Numbered from the stretch's first letter, positions 19,093 through 28,732 are shown. The stretch is DNA of 64,000 nt from Gemmatimonadaceae bacterium (GCA_036741775.1 DAINRQ010000030.1:477-64476), one strand, 5' to 3'. Made by a program: numbers and translations. The notes: a model not told the origin generated them from the sequence alone.

Positions 19093-19455
19093 ATGAATCT
19101 CAATGAGGAGTCGAACCTGCCCACGTTCTACTCCTCCCTTCTGCTGGTCGGCGCGACGCTGCTACTGACGGTGCTTGCGGTTACCGCCTGGCGACGGGGC
19201 GGCGGCGCCGCTGCGATTCCAAAGCCGACGCGGCCGCCGCCCTCGAGGGCCGCGTACCGCACGACAGAGCGATACGCAAGCGAGCAGCTCGTCGGACGTG
19301 ACGCATCGGTGAACACCGAGCTGCGGGCACGGCGAATACGACGGACAGCTCCGATTCGAAAAGCCGAATGTGCCCCAGCCGATGGAAAAGGGGCTGCCGA
19401 AGCAGCCCCTGGAGATTGCTCGCTTTACGACGAGCAGCTCAGCCGCACTCGCTGA
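19093..19455 (+). pseudogene. possible remnant of a membrane-protein gene (only the first ~35 codons look coding)
   Basis: MNLNEESNLPTFYSSLLLVGATLLLTVLAVTAW has GC-rich third positions and one TM helix. After about 19200 the frame loses coding character and runs through the nrdJ terminator. Confidence 0.2.
19384..19410 (-). terminator. rho-independent terminator of nrdJ
   Basis: Minus strand reads AGGGGCTGC-ttcg-GCAGCCCCT followed by TTTTCC, 29 nt after the nrdJ stop. Confidence 0.7.
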
Positions 19456-21934
19456 AGCCACACACGTGGCACTTCACGCACCCCTCGGCGTACTCCAGCT
19501 GCGATCCGCAATCAGGACAGGTTCCAATGAATGACTCAGCGCCCGAGTCGAAGCTCGACTGTGCCTGCTCGCCGGCAGGGGTACTGTGTAGTACGGTGAC
19601 CTCCTCGCGAACCGGCGACGCGGCGGACGGACCGAGGCTCTCACGCAGCAGGTCCTGCTGTACGCCGAGCTGCTTTTCCTGATACCAGTCGTAGAGCGCG
19701 ATACCGATCGCGTCAGGCACCGAGAGAACCTTGTGAGGCCCGAGGCCAACCGCGCGGTCGGACGAAATGCCGCGGAGCTGCTTGTGGATCTCCATGAGCG
19801 GAATCCCCGAGCGCAACGCCAGCGAGATGAGTCGTCCCATCGCCTCGGCGTCCGCCATCGCGGACCCACCGGCCTTGCCGAGGTTGATGAATACCTCGAA
19901 CGGCTGCCCGCGATCGTCCTCGGTGATGTGGACGAACATCGTGCCCAACGGCGTTTCCTTACGGATGGACGTGCCGCGCAGCTTGTCGGGGCGCGACCGC
20001 TTCTGGCGGCGCTGGAGATTTTCCGCCTCGGCATCGTAGAGCGCCTTCTTGAGCCGCTCCACCTCCGCGTCGAGCTCGGCGATGGTGCCCTTGAGCTCCG
20101 CGAGCGCGCGTTTGTCGGTCGGCGCGCCATCACGCTCCGACTTCGCCTTGTCGGTCGCGCCCGTGGAGAGCACCTGGTTGTCGCGCGAGCCGTCGCGGTA
20201 GACTGTGACGCCCTTGCACTTGAGGTCGTACGCGAGCTCGTAGATCGCGCGAACGTCGGCGACTGTGGCGGTGTGCGCGAAGTTCGTCGTCTTCGAGATG
20301 GCCGAGTCGCAGTGCTCCTGGAAGGCTGCCTGCATGCGCATGTGCCACTCGGGGGCGATGGAGTTGGCGGTCACGAACACGCGCTGCCAGCGCTCCGGCA
20401 CTTCGGGGAAGTCCACCCGTCCCTCGCGGGCGATGCGCTCCATGAGCGCGTCGGAGTACCACCCTTCCTTCGTCGCGATGGCGACGAAGTCCTCGTTCAC
20501 GTCCGGCATCATCACGCCGGCCTGGTTGCGCATGAACGCAACAGCGAAGAGCGGCTCGAGGCCCGACGAACAGCCCGCGATGATGGAGATCGTGCCCGTC
20601 GGCGCCACCGTCGTGACGTTGCAGTTGCGGAGCAGCTGCATTGGACGGATGCGCTTCCCCTCGCTGTCGCGCGCGCACGTCTCGTCCGGGCCCCAGATGG
20701 AGCGGGCCCACTCGGGGAACGCACCGCGCTCGTTCGCGAGCCGCTCGCTCTCCTTCTTCGACTCTACGTCGACGAACTGCATGACCTTGCGGCCGAACTC
20801 CACGCCTTCGCGCGAGTCGTAGGCGATCCCGAGCCTGACGAGCGCGTCGGCGAACCCCATGACGCCGAGTCCGATGCGGCGGATCCGCTTCGAGAGCGCG
20901 TCGATCTCCGGCAGCGGGTATTTGTTGACGTCGATGATGTTGTCGAGGAAGTGCGTCGACAGGGCGATGTCGGCCGCGAACGCATCCCAGTCCAGCTTCC
21001 CGTCGCGCACGTAGTAGCCGACGTTGATGGAGCCGAGGTTGCACACGTCGTAGCCGAGGAGCGGCTGCTCGCCGCAGGGGTTCGTGGCCTCGTAGGCGCC
21101 GAGATGCGGGACCGGGTTGTAGCGATTCGCCTCGTCGATGAAGAAGCAGCCTGGCTCACCGGTGCGCCACGCACCGTCGATCATCTTGTCCCAGACCATC
21201 TGCGCATCGAGCTGCTTCACGACCTGCTTCGAGACCGGATCGATCAGGTCGTAGGTCGTGCCGGCTTTCACCGCCTGCATGAACGCGTCGGTGACGGCAA
21301 CGGAGATGTTGAAGTTCGTCACCTGGGTGAGGTCTTCCTTGCAGGTGATGAACTCGAGAATGTCCGGGTGATCGACGCGCAGGATGCCCATGTTCGCCCC
21401 ACGCCGGGTTCCGCCCTGCTTCACGGCGTCGGTGGACGCGTCGTAGAGCTTCATGAACGACACGGGGCCGCTGGCCACGCCAGTCGTGGACCGGACCATC
21501 GAGCCGTTCGGGCGCAGCCGGGAGAACGAGAAGCCGGTCCCGCCCCCGCTCTGATGGATGAGCGCCATCGAGCGCAGCGTGTCGTAAATGCCGTCGCGTC
21601 CGTTGGAGAGCGAGTCGGCGATGGGCAGCACGAAGCACGCGGACAGCTGGCCGAGCGGGCGCCCCGCGTTCATGAGCGTGGGCGAGTTGGGTTCGAACCG
21701 GCGCTCCGTCATGAGCGCATAGAACTGCTGCGCGGCCTCTGTGACGGCTCCCTCGTTCGCTCCGTACCGGCGGTCAGCTTCCGCAACGACCGTGGCCACC
21801 CGCCAGAACATGTCCTCGGGGGTTTCGGTCGGCTTCCCGCTGGAATCCTTCACCAGATAGCGCTTCTCGAGGACTGTGCGCGCGTTCTGGCTGAGGTCAG
21901 CGGGGCCGGCAGGGGGCTTCGAGGGTAGGGGCAT
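19439..21934 (-). CDS. nrdJ: adenosylcobalamin-dependent (class II) ribonucleotide reductase
   Basis: VLEKRYLVKD, NPCGEQPL, TVAPTGTISIIAG and C-terminal CxxC..CxxC (CPDCGSQLEYAEGCVKCHVCG). ATG 21934 is preceded by GGGAGAG 8 nt upstream. Confidence 0.9.
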   Translation of the reverse strand: MPLPSKPPAGPADLSQNARTVLEKRYLVKDSSGKPTETPEDMFWRVATVVAEADRRYGANEGAVTEAAQQFYALMTERRFEPNSPTLMNAGRPLGQLSACFVLPIADSLSNGRDGIYDTLRSMALIHQSGGGTGFSFSRLRPNGSMVRSTTGVASGPVSFMKLYDASTDAVKQGGTRRGANMGILRVDHPDILEFITCKEDLTQVTNFNISVAVTDAFMQAVKAGTTYDLIDPVSKQVVKQLDAQMVWDKMIDGAWRTGEPGCFFIDEANRYNPVPHLGAYEATNPCGEQPLLGYDVCNLGSINVGYYVRDGKLDWDAFAADIALSTHFLDNIIDVNKYPLPEIDALSKRIRRIGLGVMGFADALVRLGIAYDSREGVEFGRKVMQFVDVESKKESERLANERGAFPEWARSIWGPDETCARDSEGKRIRPMQLLRNCNVTTVAPTGTISIIAGCSSGLEPLFAVAFMRNQAGVMMPDVNEDFVAIATKEGWYSDALMERIAREGRVDFPEVPERWQRVFVTANSIAPEWHMRMQAAFQEHCDSAISKTTNFAHTATVADVRAIYELAYDLKCKGVTVYRDGSRDNQVLSTGATDKAKSERDGAPTDKRALAELKGTIAELDAEVERLKKALYDAEAENLQRRQKRSRPDKLRGTSIRKETPLGTMFVHITEDDRGQPFEVFINLGKAGGSAMADAEAMGRLISLALRSGIPLMEIHKQLRGISSDRAVGLGPHKVLSVPDAIGIALYDWYQEKQLGVQQDLLRESLGPSAASPVREEVTVLHSTPAGEQAQSSFDSGAESFIGTCPDCGSQLEYAEGCVKCHVCGFSECG

Positions 21935-22065
21935 GTTTACATCTCTCCCTGGTGAAACGTAGCGTGCGACGACAAGAGCCAACGCACCGAGCGGGGGGCA
22001 CCGGGGAATCCGGCGCGGCGAGAAGAGGAAAGAGGGGCGCAGTTTAGGGAGGTTCGTGAAACCGC

Positions 22066-22112
22066 GCCAGTATCTACGTAAAATACTATGGGATATCTAC
22101 TTACGTAATCGA
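22066..22112. promoter_or_regulatory. AT-rich island with two TACGTA palindromes upstream of nrdJ (candidate operator/promoter)
   Basis: cagTATCTACGTAaaatactatgggaTATCTACtTACGTAAtc. TATCTAC is repeated 23 nt apart, TACGTA at 22075 and 22102, TTACGTAA at 22101..22108. About 130-180 nt upstream of the nrdJ ATG, in a GC-rich genome. Confidence 0.3.
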
Positions 22113-22363
22113 CATCACGAATCTCGGCGAGGTCGTGTGTTTCCACGCGACCGGAGATTACAGCAGTCTCACGCACTGTCATTCCCACGCCCGCGCGCAG
22201 CCTCCCACCGCCGCCTAACGCGGACCCAACATACAAACCGCAGTACGACAACACGTTAGTAGCCAACGACCGCGCCAGCCTGCCAGATACCGCGCCTCGG
22301 CGACCCGGGTCCGACTACTCGAGCGCAAAGCGCCCAGCCATCGAACCATCGCCTGGTTTGCCT

Positions 22364-22386
22364 GGAAACACGTGCATTACACGTGC
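22364..22386 (-). terminator. weak candidate terminator after the gamma-CA-like gene
   Basis: Minus strand reads CACGTG-taatg-CACGTG followed by TTTCC. The stem is short, so support is low. Confidence 0.25.
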
Positions 22387-22451
22387 CGCGGCTCGCGCCG
22401 TAGCACGAATGGGCACAACGACTTAGGCTGAGCCCGTCACACGCGCGCTGC

Positions 22452-22958
22452 TTACGCTCCCGGTCGCACTGGCGGGAACTCGCCTCGCCGATGTCGCTCC
22501 GCGAGCGCGACATACGCCGCCACCGCCGACGTGATCCGTCCGCGGAGCGCCTCGTTGGTCGATCGCACGACCCGGCCCGGTATGCCGAGCACGAGCGAGT
22601 TCGGTGGCACCACCATCCCTTCTCGACACACTGAACCGGCGCCGATGATCGAACCGGTTCCGACGACGACGTGATTCAGCACGATCGCCCCCATGGCAAC
22701 GAGGCAGTCGTCCTCGACGACCGCGCCGTGGACGATTGCGCGATGGCCGATCGCCACGCGCGCCCCGATGGTGCACGGAAGACCCGGGTCGACGTGAATG
22801 ACCACACCATCCTGCACGTTGCTCGACGCACCGATCGTGATGGGAGCGCTGTCCGCACGCACGACAGCCGACGGCCACACCGAGGCCGCCGCGCCGAGCG
22901 TGACGTCGCCGCACACGAACGCCGCCGGATGGATGAACGCGGTCGGATGGACGTTCAC
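22452..22958 (-). CDS. gamma-class carbonic anhydrase / left-handed beta-helix (hexapeptide repeat) family protein
   Basis: Hexapeptide repeats (IGASSNVQDGVVIH, IGARVAIGHRAIVHGAVV, VGTGSIIGAGSV). GTG start overlaps the amidase stop (GTGA). Confidence 0.8.
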   Translation of the reverse strand: MNVHPTAFIHPAAFVCGDVTLGAAASVWPSAVVRADSAPITIGASSNVQDGVVIHVDPGLPCTIGARVAIGHRAIVHGAVVEDDCLVAMGAIVLNHVVVGTGSIIGAGSVCREGMVVPPNSLVLGIPGRVVRSTNEALRGRITSAVAAYVALAERHRRGEFPPVRPGA

Positions 22959-24844
22959 TGCGCGTCACCCCGCGCCCGGAAGTAGGCCTCCAGCCCATCG
23001 GCCACGCCTAACGCATAACGCTCCTGAAATTCCGGCGTTCGTACGGCGGCCTCCTGCTCCGGAATCATGATGAACGCACCCTCACACAACACCGATGGCA
23101 TCCAGGGATGGCGGAGGTCGGACAGGTTGTCGTAGAAGATGCCGAGGTCTCTCAACCCCATGCGCGCCACCATGCCGCGCTGCACCAGGCGCGCGAGCCG
23201 TTCCGACGCCGGATGAAAGTAGTAGCTGCCCGTCCCGTGCGCCGTGAACGGATTCACCCCGTCGGGAAGCGCGTTCAGATGGATCGAGACGAACGCGTGC
23301 GCACCCGCCTGCCGGGCGAGGACCGGGCGGATCGCGAGCGCCAACGGGTCGGCCGTCGTGCGCGTCATGACGACCCGCGCTCCTCGCGACTCGAGGATCG
23401 TCTTCAACCGCTCGCTGATGGCGAGCGTGGGCACGGCCTCGTACAAACCGGTGGGCCCCGTCGAGCCGGCCGGCGGATGACCCGCGTTCACCGCGATGAC
23501 CAGCCCACGAAGCGGCGACGCGCGATCGATGCGCGGTGGCCGCCGCACCCGAAGGCGGAACGCGCCCGCGTCCCACATCGCGAGGTACCCGAACGGGGCA
23601 CTGGCGAGATCGATCTCGTACCGGGCCCGGTCGCTCGTCTCCTGATACCACCGCACGCGCCGCACGAGTGAGTCATCACCGGTGTACCCGAGGATGTCGG
23701 TGTTGGCCTGCACCCCGTAGAGCAGCAGCACGAGCCGCGTTCCTTCCTCTCGGACCTCGAACGCCGGACGTTCGCCGACCGGAATCACGACGTCCACCCA
23801 GGCCGGCCCCGCCGCCACGCGGGCATTCCCCGCGATGCGCCGCGGCCCCGCCGTCCCCGCGGGGAGCTCCGTCACCTCCGCCGCGGACACCCAGGCCTCG
23901 AGCGCCGCATCGAGGCGGACGCGCACCATGTCGCCCACGCGCCCCGTGTGCTCCAGGACTGTCCCGGGCAGGAGGTGCCACTTGTACGTCCCGTTAGGCA
24001 CCGGCCGCAGGTTGATGACGCGGTCGGTGTCCGGAACAGCGGCGCCACCGGTGAGGCGGACCCATCGTACTCGTCCCGGCTCGTCCACGGTCACGTCGCG
24101 AATCGCGAACCGCACCGAGTCCGCCCCCCGCGCCACGACGAGCTCCGCACCGATCGTCAGGAGCGACGCCGGGACGTCCGTCGCCCAGAGGAATGGATCG
24201 CGTCTGGAACTGTCCCCCGGTCCGTTCGTCCCGCCCGGCCGAGCCGCCGCGTTGACGAGCACGCGGTACGATTCGTCCGCGAGCCGGACCACCGCCGTCA
24301 CGTTCCGCGGCGCTCGCACGCTGACGCGTATCCGTTCGTCGGCTCGCGCGAATCGGACGCCGCGCGGTGACACGCTCCCCGAATCGACTACGAGCCGCCC
24401 CGTGTCCGAGAGCGCCACCCGAGGCGACGGCACGCGGACTGGATGCGCGAGCGCAGCGCTGTCGGCGCCCCGCCTCGCGACGATCGTGTAGCTCGGCGCA
24501 CCATTCGGCGGCACGGGCAGGAACGCGAGGAAGCTCCCGTTAGGGAGCACGCGCACGTTCGAGCCGTTGATCGTCAGGGTCGCGTTGCCACTCCCGACGC
24601 TGCCGAAGATGAAGTTCGAGTCGCGCGCCTGAATCAACGCGCCCGCGGGCGGATACACGACGCGAATGACCAGCGGGCCGTCGACGAGCGGAATCGGTGG
24701 GAGCGTCGGTGCCGTCGGCGCTGCCGTGGGACGGGGTTCGAGACGAGGCGTCGCGCGACTGCAGGCCGAGAAAATCAGGGGGCCGGCGGTAAGAATCCAC
24801 AGGGCCTCCACCACCCACCGGGTGGTCGGCGTCGTCCGTTCCAT
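22955..24844 (-). CDS. N-acetylmuramoyl-L-alanine amidase (Amidase_3 domain) lipoprotein
   Basis: Lipobox LIFSAC near the N-terminus. C-terminal VIAVNAGHPPAGSTG...AHAFVSIHLNA...GTGSYYF...LCEGAFI. Confidence 0.8.
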   Translation of the reverse strand: MERTTPTTRWVVEALWILTAGPLIFSACSRATPRLEPRPTAAPTAPTLPPIPLVDGPLVIRVVYPPAGALIQARDSNFIFGSVGSGNATLTINGSNVRVLPNGSFLAFLPVPPNGAPSYTIVARRGADSAALAHPVRVPSPRVALSDTGRLVVDSGSVSPRGVRFARADERIRVSVRAPRNVTAVVRLADESYRVLVNAAARPGGTNGPGDSSRRDPFLWATDVPASLLTIGAELVVARGADSVRFAIRDVTVDEPGRVRWVRLTGGAAVPDTDRVINLRPVPNGTYKWHLLPGTVLEHTGRVGDMVRVRLDAALEAWVSAAEVTELPAGTAGPRRIAGNARVAAGPAWVDVVIPVGERPAFEVREEGTRLVLLLYGVQANTDILGYTGDDSLVRRVRWYQETSDRARYEIDLASAPFGYLAMWDAGAFRLRVRRPPRIDRASPLRGLVIAVNAGHPPAGSTGPTGLYEAVPTLAISERLKTILESRGARVVMTRTTADPLALAIRPVLARQAGAHAFVSIHLNALPDGVNPFTAHGTGSYYFHPASERLARLVQRGMVARMGLRDLGIFYDNLSDLRHPWMPSVLCEGAFIMIPEQEAAVRTPEFQERYALGVADGLEAYFRARGDAQ

Positions 24845-24965
24845 GTGGGGAAGCTAACACGGCCCTCGTTAATTGCCTCTCGTTTTCCCTACCCGTATAT
24901 ATTCGTCAACTTCGTGACCCCTCCTGACCCCGGCACCCCGTCCGTTCCGATCCCCCGGAGCACGT

Positions 24966-26072
24966 TTGACGGTCAACTCGCACCCGACGCCGACGGACCC
25001 GATCACGCCTCCCGGCGCGATCGTCTTTCACGTTTTCGCGCACTCCGATGTTGGCCGGACGCGGGAGCACAACGAGGACGCGTTCGTGGTAGCGGACCTC
25101 GAGCGCGGCGAGCCCCTCCATTTCGAGCACCTCCGCACCGAACGCGCGAGCGCGCGCGGTACGCTGTTCATGGTCGCCGACGGCATGGGCGGCGCCGCTG
25201 CGGGCGAGATCGCGAGCGAGATGGCCGTCGAGGTCGTGCTGCAGCAGATGCGACGTCGGTGGCGGGACGCGTCGACGGTCGAGCCATCGGCGTTCGTCGG
25301 CGCACTGAAGGCCGCAACCGAGGTAGCCAACGCGACCATCCACCATTACGCCGGCGATCACCCCGAGCTGCGTGGGATGGGCACCACCGCGACGATCGCC
25401 GGACTGCTCGGCGACACACTCTACCTCGCGCAGGTAGGCGATAGCCGAGCATACCTCGTGCGCGACGGGGTGGCGTTTCAGATCACGAAAGACCAGTCGC
25501 TCATGCAGAAGCTCATCGAGGCCGGCGAGATCACGGTCGAGGAGGCGGAGATGAGCGACCGCCGGAACATCATTCTGCAAGCGCTCGGGCCGGAGCCGAA
25601 CGTCAAGATCGACCTGACGCACCAGCGGATCCGGCGGGACGATGTGCTGGTGCTGTGCAGCGATGGGCTCTCGGGGCTCGTGAAGCCCGAACAGATCGCC
25701 CGCGCGGTGACCGAGGAGCACAGCCCGGAGCTCGCGGCAGAGCGGCTGGTCGAGCTCGCGAACTCGTCCGGCGGGCCGGACAACATCACGGTCGTCATCG
25801 CCCGGTTTCATGGCACGGGACTCAATGCTGCGGAGGCCGTCGACGAGGTCGGGCACCGCGTGTTCGACTCTCCAGACCTCGTCACGCCGGCATCGACGTC
25901 ACCCGTCGTTCCTGTGGGCGACTTCCCGGAGTCCATCGGCCTCACTCCGCCGGCGCCCAGCCCTGACATGAGCCTCGACGAGCGCCGACGCCGCGGCATT
26001 CTCTACGTGCGCATACTCGCTGCCGTGGGCATCGTCCTGACGCTGCTCTTTCTCTGGCAGGTCCTCACGTAG
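24966..26072 (+). CDS. PP2C-family Ser/Thr protein phosphatase with C-terminal TM helix
   Basis: HSDVGRTREHNEDAF, MVADGMGGAAAGEIAS, LCSDGLSG and DNITVVI. TTG start taken from the track; the exact start is uncertain. Confidence 0.85.
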   Translation: MTVNSHPTPTDPITPPGAIVFHVFAHSDVGRTREHNEDAFVVADLERGEPLHFEHLRTERASARGTLFMVADGMGGAAAGEIASEMAVEVVLQQMRRRWRDASTVEPSAFVGALKAATEVANATIHHYAGDHPELRGMGTTATIAGLLGDTLYLAQVGDSRAYLVRDGVAFQITKDQSLMQKLIEAGEITVEEAEMSDRRNIILQALGPEPNVKIDLTHQRIRRDDVLVLCSDGLSGLVKPEQIARAVTEEHSPELAAERLVELANSSGGPDNITVVIARFHGTGLNAAEAVDEVGHRVFDSPDLVTPASTSPVVPVGDFPESIGLTPPAPSPDMSLDERRRRGILYVRILAAVGIVLTLLFLWQVLT

Positions 26073-26106
26073 CGGCCGCGGCGCGGCAGAACCCGCCTGA
26101 CCCGCG

Positions 26107-27546
26107 TCACACGCGTCGCATCACCCACCGGCCAGCCGCACGCAGCATGGCGTCGCTCGCGGTCCAGCAGGCGACGAGGAGATCGGCGTCCAGCGATGCC
26201 GGCGTGGTGTCGGGATGCCCGCACCAGACGACGGCGATGTCGCGGTGCGCTTTGCGGGCGTCGGCGCACACCGCGGCGAGCTCGCGGGGGACGTGCCCTG
26301 ACGACACGTGGTCCGGCCGAGCCGCACGGGTAGGGGGCGCGGCGACGATCACGAGCGCGGATCGGGGCGAGGAGGCGACGGTATGCACGTGCCTAACGCC
26401 AGCGGGGTCTCCCCCTGCCTGGGCCACGCCGTCGGCGAACGACTGCACGATGGGAGCACGGTCCACACGCCGGTCGCTCGCCACCGCAACGTCGACGGGC
26501 GCACCGATCCGAACCGTGCGGCCCCGGACGACCGCGATCGTACGCTCGGCCAGCTCATCGAGCCACGCTTCGTCCTCGCGCGCAACGTCTGGCGGCGCTG
26601 GTGCACCCGCCAGCTCGGCGCGCTCGCGTCGGCGCCGCGCGGCGTCATGGACGCGCTCGCGATCCACGCGGCCGTCGGTGACGGCATCGAGCAGTCCGCG
26701 GAGGTCCGCATCGAGGCGATCGGTGTGCAGCACGAGGTCCACGCCGGCCGCGACGAGGTCGCAGGCGGCCACCGGCCGCCCCACGCGGGTCTCGAGTAGC
26801 CCCGCGTCCGCGGCCACTAATCCATCGAAGCCGAGTTGCTGGCGGAGCACTCGATCGATCACGGCTGGCGAGAGTGCCGCGGGCTGGGTGCGCGCGTCGA
26901 GCGACGGATAGGCTACCGCCGCCATCATGACCGCTGCCGCTCCGGCATCGATCGCCGCGCGGAACGGGACGAGATCGATGGCATAGAGCGAATCCTCCGT
27001 CGCGCGCACGACGGGGAGCGCGTTCACGTCATCCGTTGCGCGGCCGGTGCCCGGAAAGCTGCCGACGCAACAGAGCACGCCCTCGGCCTGCACGGCATCG
27101 ACCGATTCGGCGACGGCGAGCGCGACGGAGGACGCGTCCGCGCCGAACGATTCGACGGCTGGCGCGGCGGCCACGTCGCACGCCGGACCGAGCATCGCGT
27201 TACACCCGGTGCGGCGTACGGCCCGAGCGGCGAGACGCGCCACGCGGCGCACGACATGCGTGTCGCGAAGGGAGGCGATCGCGGCTGGCGGCGGGAGGGC
27301 CAGCGTCTGCCGCCGAATCGTCCGGTCGCCCAGCGCGACCGGATCCATCACGAGGAGCGGGGCCTCATCCGCGCGGTCGCGGATGGCGGCGGCCAGCTCG
27401 AGGCTCGCCTCCGGCGGGACGGCATCGAGCACGAAGCCGCCGACGCCGGCGTCGAGCGCCCGTTCCACGGCCGGACGCACGGCAGGCATCCCGAGCATCG
27501 GGTTCCAGCGAATGGACGGCAGCAGGAGGCGCGCGATATCGCGCAT
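26107..27546 (-). CDS. glycoside hydrolase family 3 (NagZ-like) protein with diverged catalytic motifs
   Basis: GSFPGTGRATDDVNALPVV...PFRAAIDAGAAAVMMAAVAYPSLD...LRQQLGFDGLVAADAG parallels the NagZ KHFPGHG...LPV...PF...MxAH..YP..D...LR..LGF.G...SDD layout with several substitutions. Confidence 0.6.
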   Translation of the reverse strand: MRDIARLLLPSIRWNPMLGMPAVRPAVERALDAGVGGFVLDAVPPEASLELAAAIRDRADEAPLLVMDPVALGDRTIRRQTLALPPPAAIASLRDTHVVRRVARLAARAVRRTGCNAMLGPACDVAAAPAVESFGADASSVALAVAESVDAVQAEGVLCCVGSFPGTGRATDDVNALPVVRATEDSLYAIDLVPFRAAIDAGAAAVMMAAVAYPSLDARTQPAALSPAVIDRVLRQQLGFDGLVAADAGLLETRVGRPVAACDLVAAGVDLVLHTDRLDADLRGLLDAVTDGRVDRERVHDAARRRRERAELAGAPAPPDVAREDEAWLDELAERTIAVVRGRTVRIGAPVDVAVASDRRVDRAPIVQSFADGVAQAGGDPAGVRHVHTVASSPRSALVIVAAPPTRAARPDHVSSGHVPRELAAVCADARKAHRDIAVVWCGHPDTTPASLDADLLVACWTASDAMLRAAGRWVMRRV

Positions 27547-27580
27547 ACCGCGGGTCGTTATCCGGGCTGCCTAACGACGA

Positions 27581-28732
27581 TCACGCCGGCGTGAGCTGGC
27601 CGAGGATGCGGGGACCGCGCGCGCCGGTGACGCTGGGCAGGTTGCCGGGCTCTCGCTCGAGGAACAGGTATCCGAGCAGCGCGAACGCAACCGCTTCTTT
27701 CGCTTCGCCGTCGAAGAACAGCTCATCGAACCGGCGCACCTCCAGTGATGGCACGGCGGTGCGAATGGCGTCCATGAGCGCCGGGTTCTCCGCGCCGCCG
27801 CCGGACACGACGAGCTCGCGGACGGGCTCGGGGACGAATCGACGAAAGGCGTCGGCGATGCTCGCTGCCGTCAGCGCCACGGCGGTCGCGACGATGTCGC
27901 CCGGCGACGCGGTCCCACGCTCGGCCCGGCAGCGCGCGATGAATTCGGCGATGTACGTCGGATCGAACAGCTCGCGTCCCGTCGACTTCGGCGGCGGCGC
28001 CGCGAAGTACGGGTCCTCGAGTGCCTGTTGAACGACCGGCTCGATCGGCGTACCGCTTCGCGCCAACCGGCCATCCACGTCGTACGACATTCCAGGGGCG
28101 ACGAGCCGAGTGACGCCGTCGATCACGACGACGCCCGGACCGGTATCGAAGGCGCGTGTGGACGCGGCGACGCCGCCAGGCGGCACGACGGTGACGTTGC
28201 CGATACCGCCGAGATTCTGCAGGGCGCGCCACCCACTGTCGTGGGCGAAGAGCAGCGCGTCGGCCACGGGCACGAGCGGAGCGCCCTGCCCTCCGGCCGC
28301 GACATCTCGCACGCGAAAGTCGCTCACGACGTCGATCCTCGTGCGCTCGGCGATCACGGCCGGCTGCCCGAACTGCCAGGTGGAGTGACCGGGCTCGTGC
28401 CACACGGTCTGACCATGGCTCGCGATGGCCGAGACCGACGCGCGGTCGACGCCGGCCTCGGCGATCGCGGTCATCGCGGCGTCCGCAAGCCAATCGCCGA
28501 GGTCGAACGCCAGCCGGCAGTAGTCGCGTGGCGTCATGCCCACGAGCGATTGCGTGAGCCGGTCGCGCTGCGCCGCGTCGTACGGCCGCACGCTCATGCC
28601 TAACAAGTCATACGTGATGCGCCCAGCGGGGGCGCGGTCGAACCGAACGACCGCCGACGAGATACCGTCGAGCGACGTGCCCGACATGAGTCCGACGACG
28701 ATGCGCGGCCCACCTGACGCCGGTCCCGTCAC
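27581..28732 (-). CDS. anmK: anhydro-N-acetylmuramic acid kinase
   Basis: IVVGLMSGTSLDGISSAVV. Start set to GTG 28732, overlapping the murQ TGA (GTGA); the longer track ORF overlaps murQ out of frame. Confidence 0.85.
   Translation of the reverse strand: MTGPASGGPRIVVGLMSGTSLDGISSAVVRFDRAPAGRITYDLLGMSVRPYDAAQRDRLTQSLVGMTPRDYCRLAFDLGDWLADAAMTAIAEAGVDRASVSAIASHGQTVWHEPGHSTWQFGQPAVIAERTRIDVVSDFRVRDVAAGGQGAPLVPVADALLFAHDSGWRALQNLGGIGNVTVVPPGGVAASTRAFDTGPGVVVIDGVTRLVAPGMSYDVDGRLARSGTPIEPVVQQALEDPYFAAPPPKSTGRELFDPTYIAEFIARCRAERGTASPGDIVATAVALTAASIADAFRRFVPEPVRELVVSGGGAENPALMDAIRTAVPSLEVRRFDELFFDGEAKEAVAFALLGYLFLEREPGNLPSVTGARGPRILGQLTPA

Noticed and set aside
19733-21928. 731-aa ORF antisense to nrdJ. 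Similar long antisense or alternative-frame ORFs occur at 2143..3327, 3282..4628, 8603..9877, 44581..45843 and 52653..54125.
   Set aside because: The compositions are Arg/Gly/Pro/Ala-rich with no recognisable motifs. Each is fully overlapped by a gene with clear family motifs and the correct third-position GC bias.
22140-22450. Lower-GC non-coding stretch considered as a possible small RNA gene
   Set aside because: I could recognise no tRNA cloverleaf, tmRNA, 6S or RNase P features by eye. Only a short CACGTG hairpin is present. This needs an Rfam scan.
21935-22451. Cobalamin riboswitch or canonical NrdR boxes in the nrdJ leader
   Set aside because: I could not find a B12-box-like element, and the AT-rich repeats match the NrdR consensus at only about half the positions. 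The region is reported only as an unassigned candidate operator.
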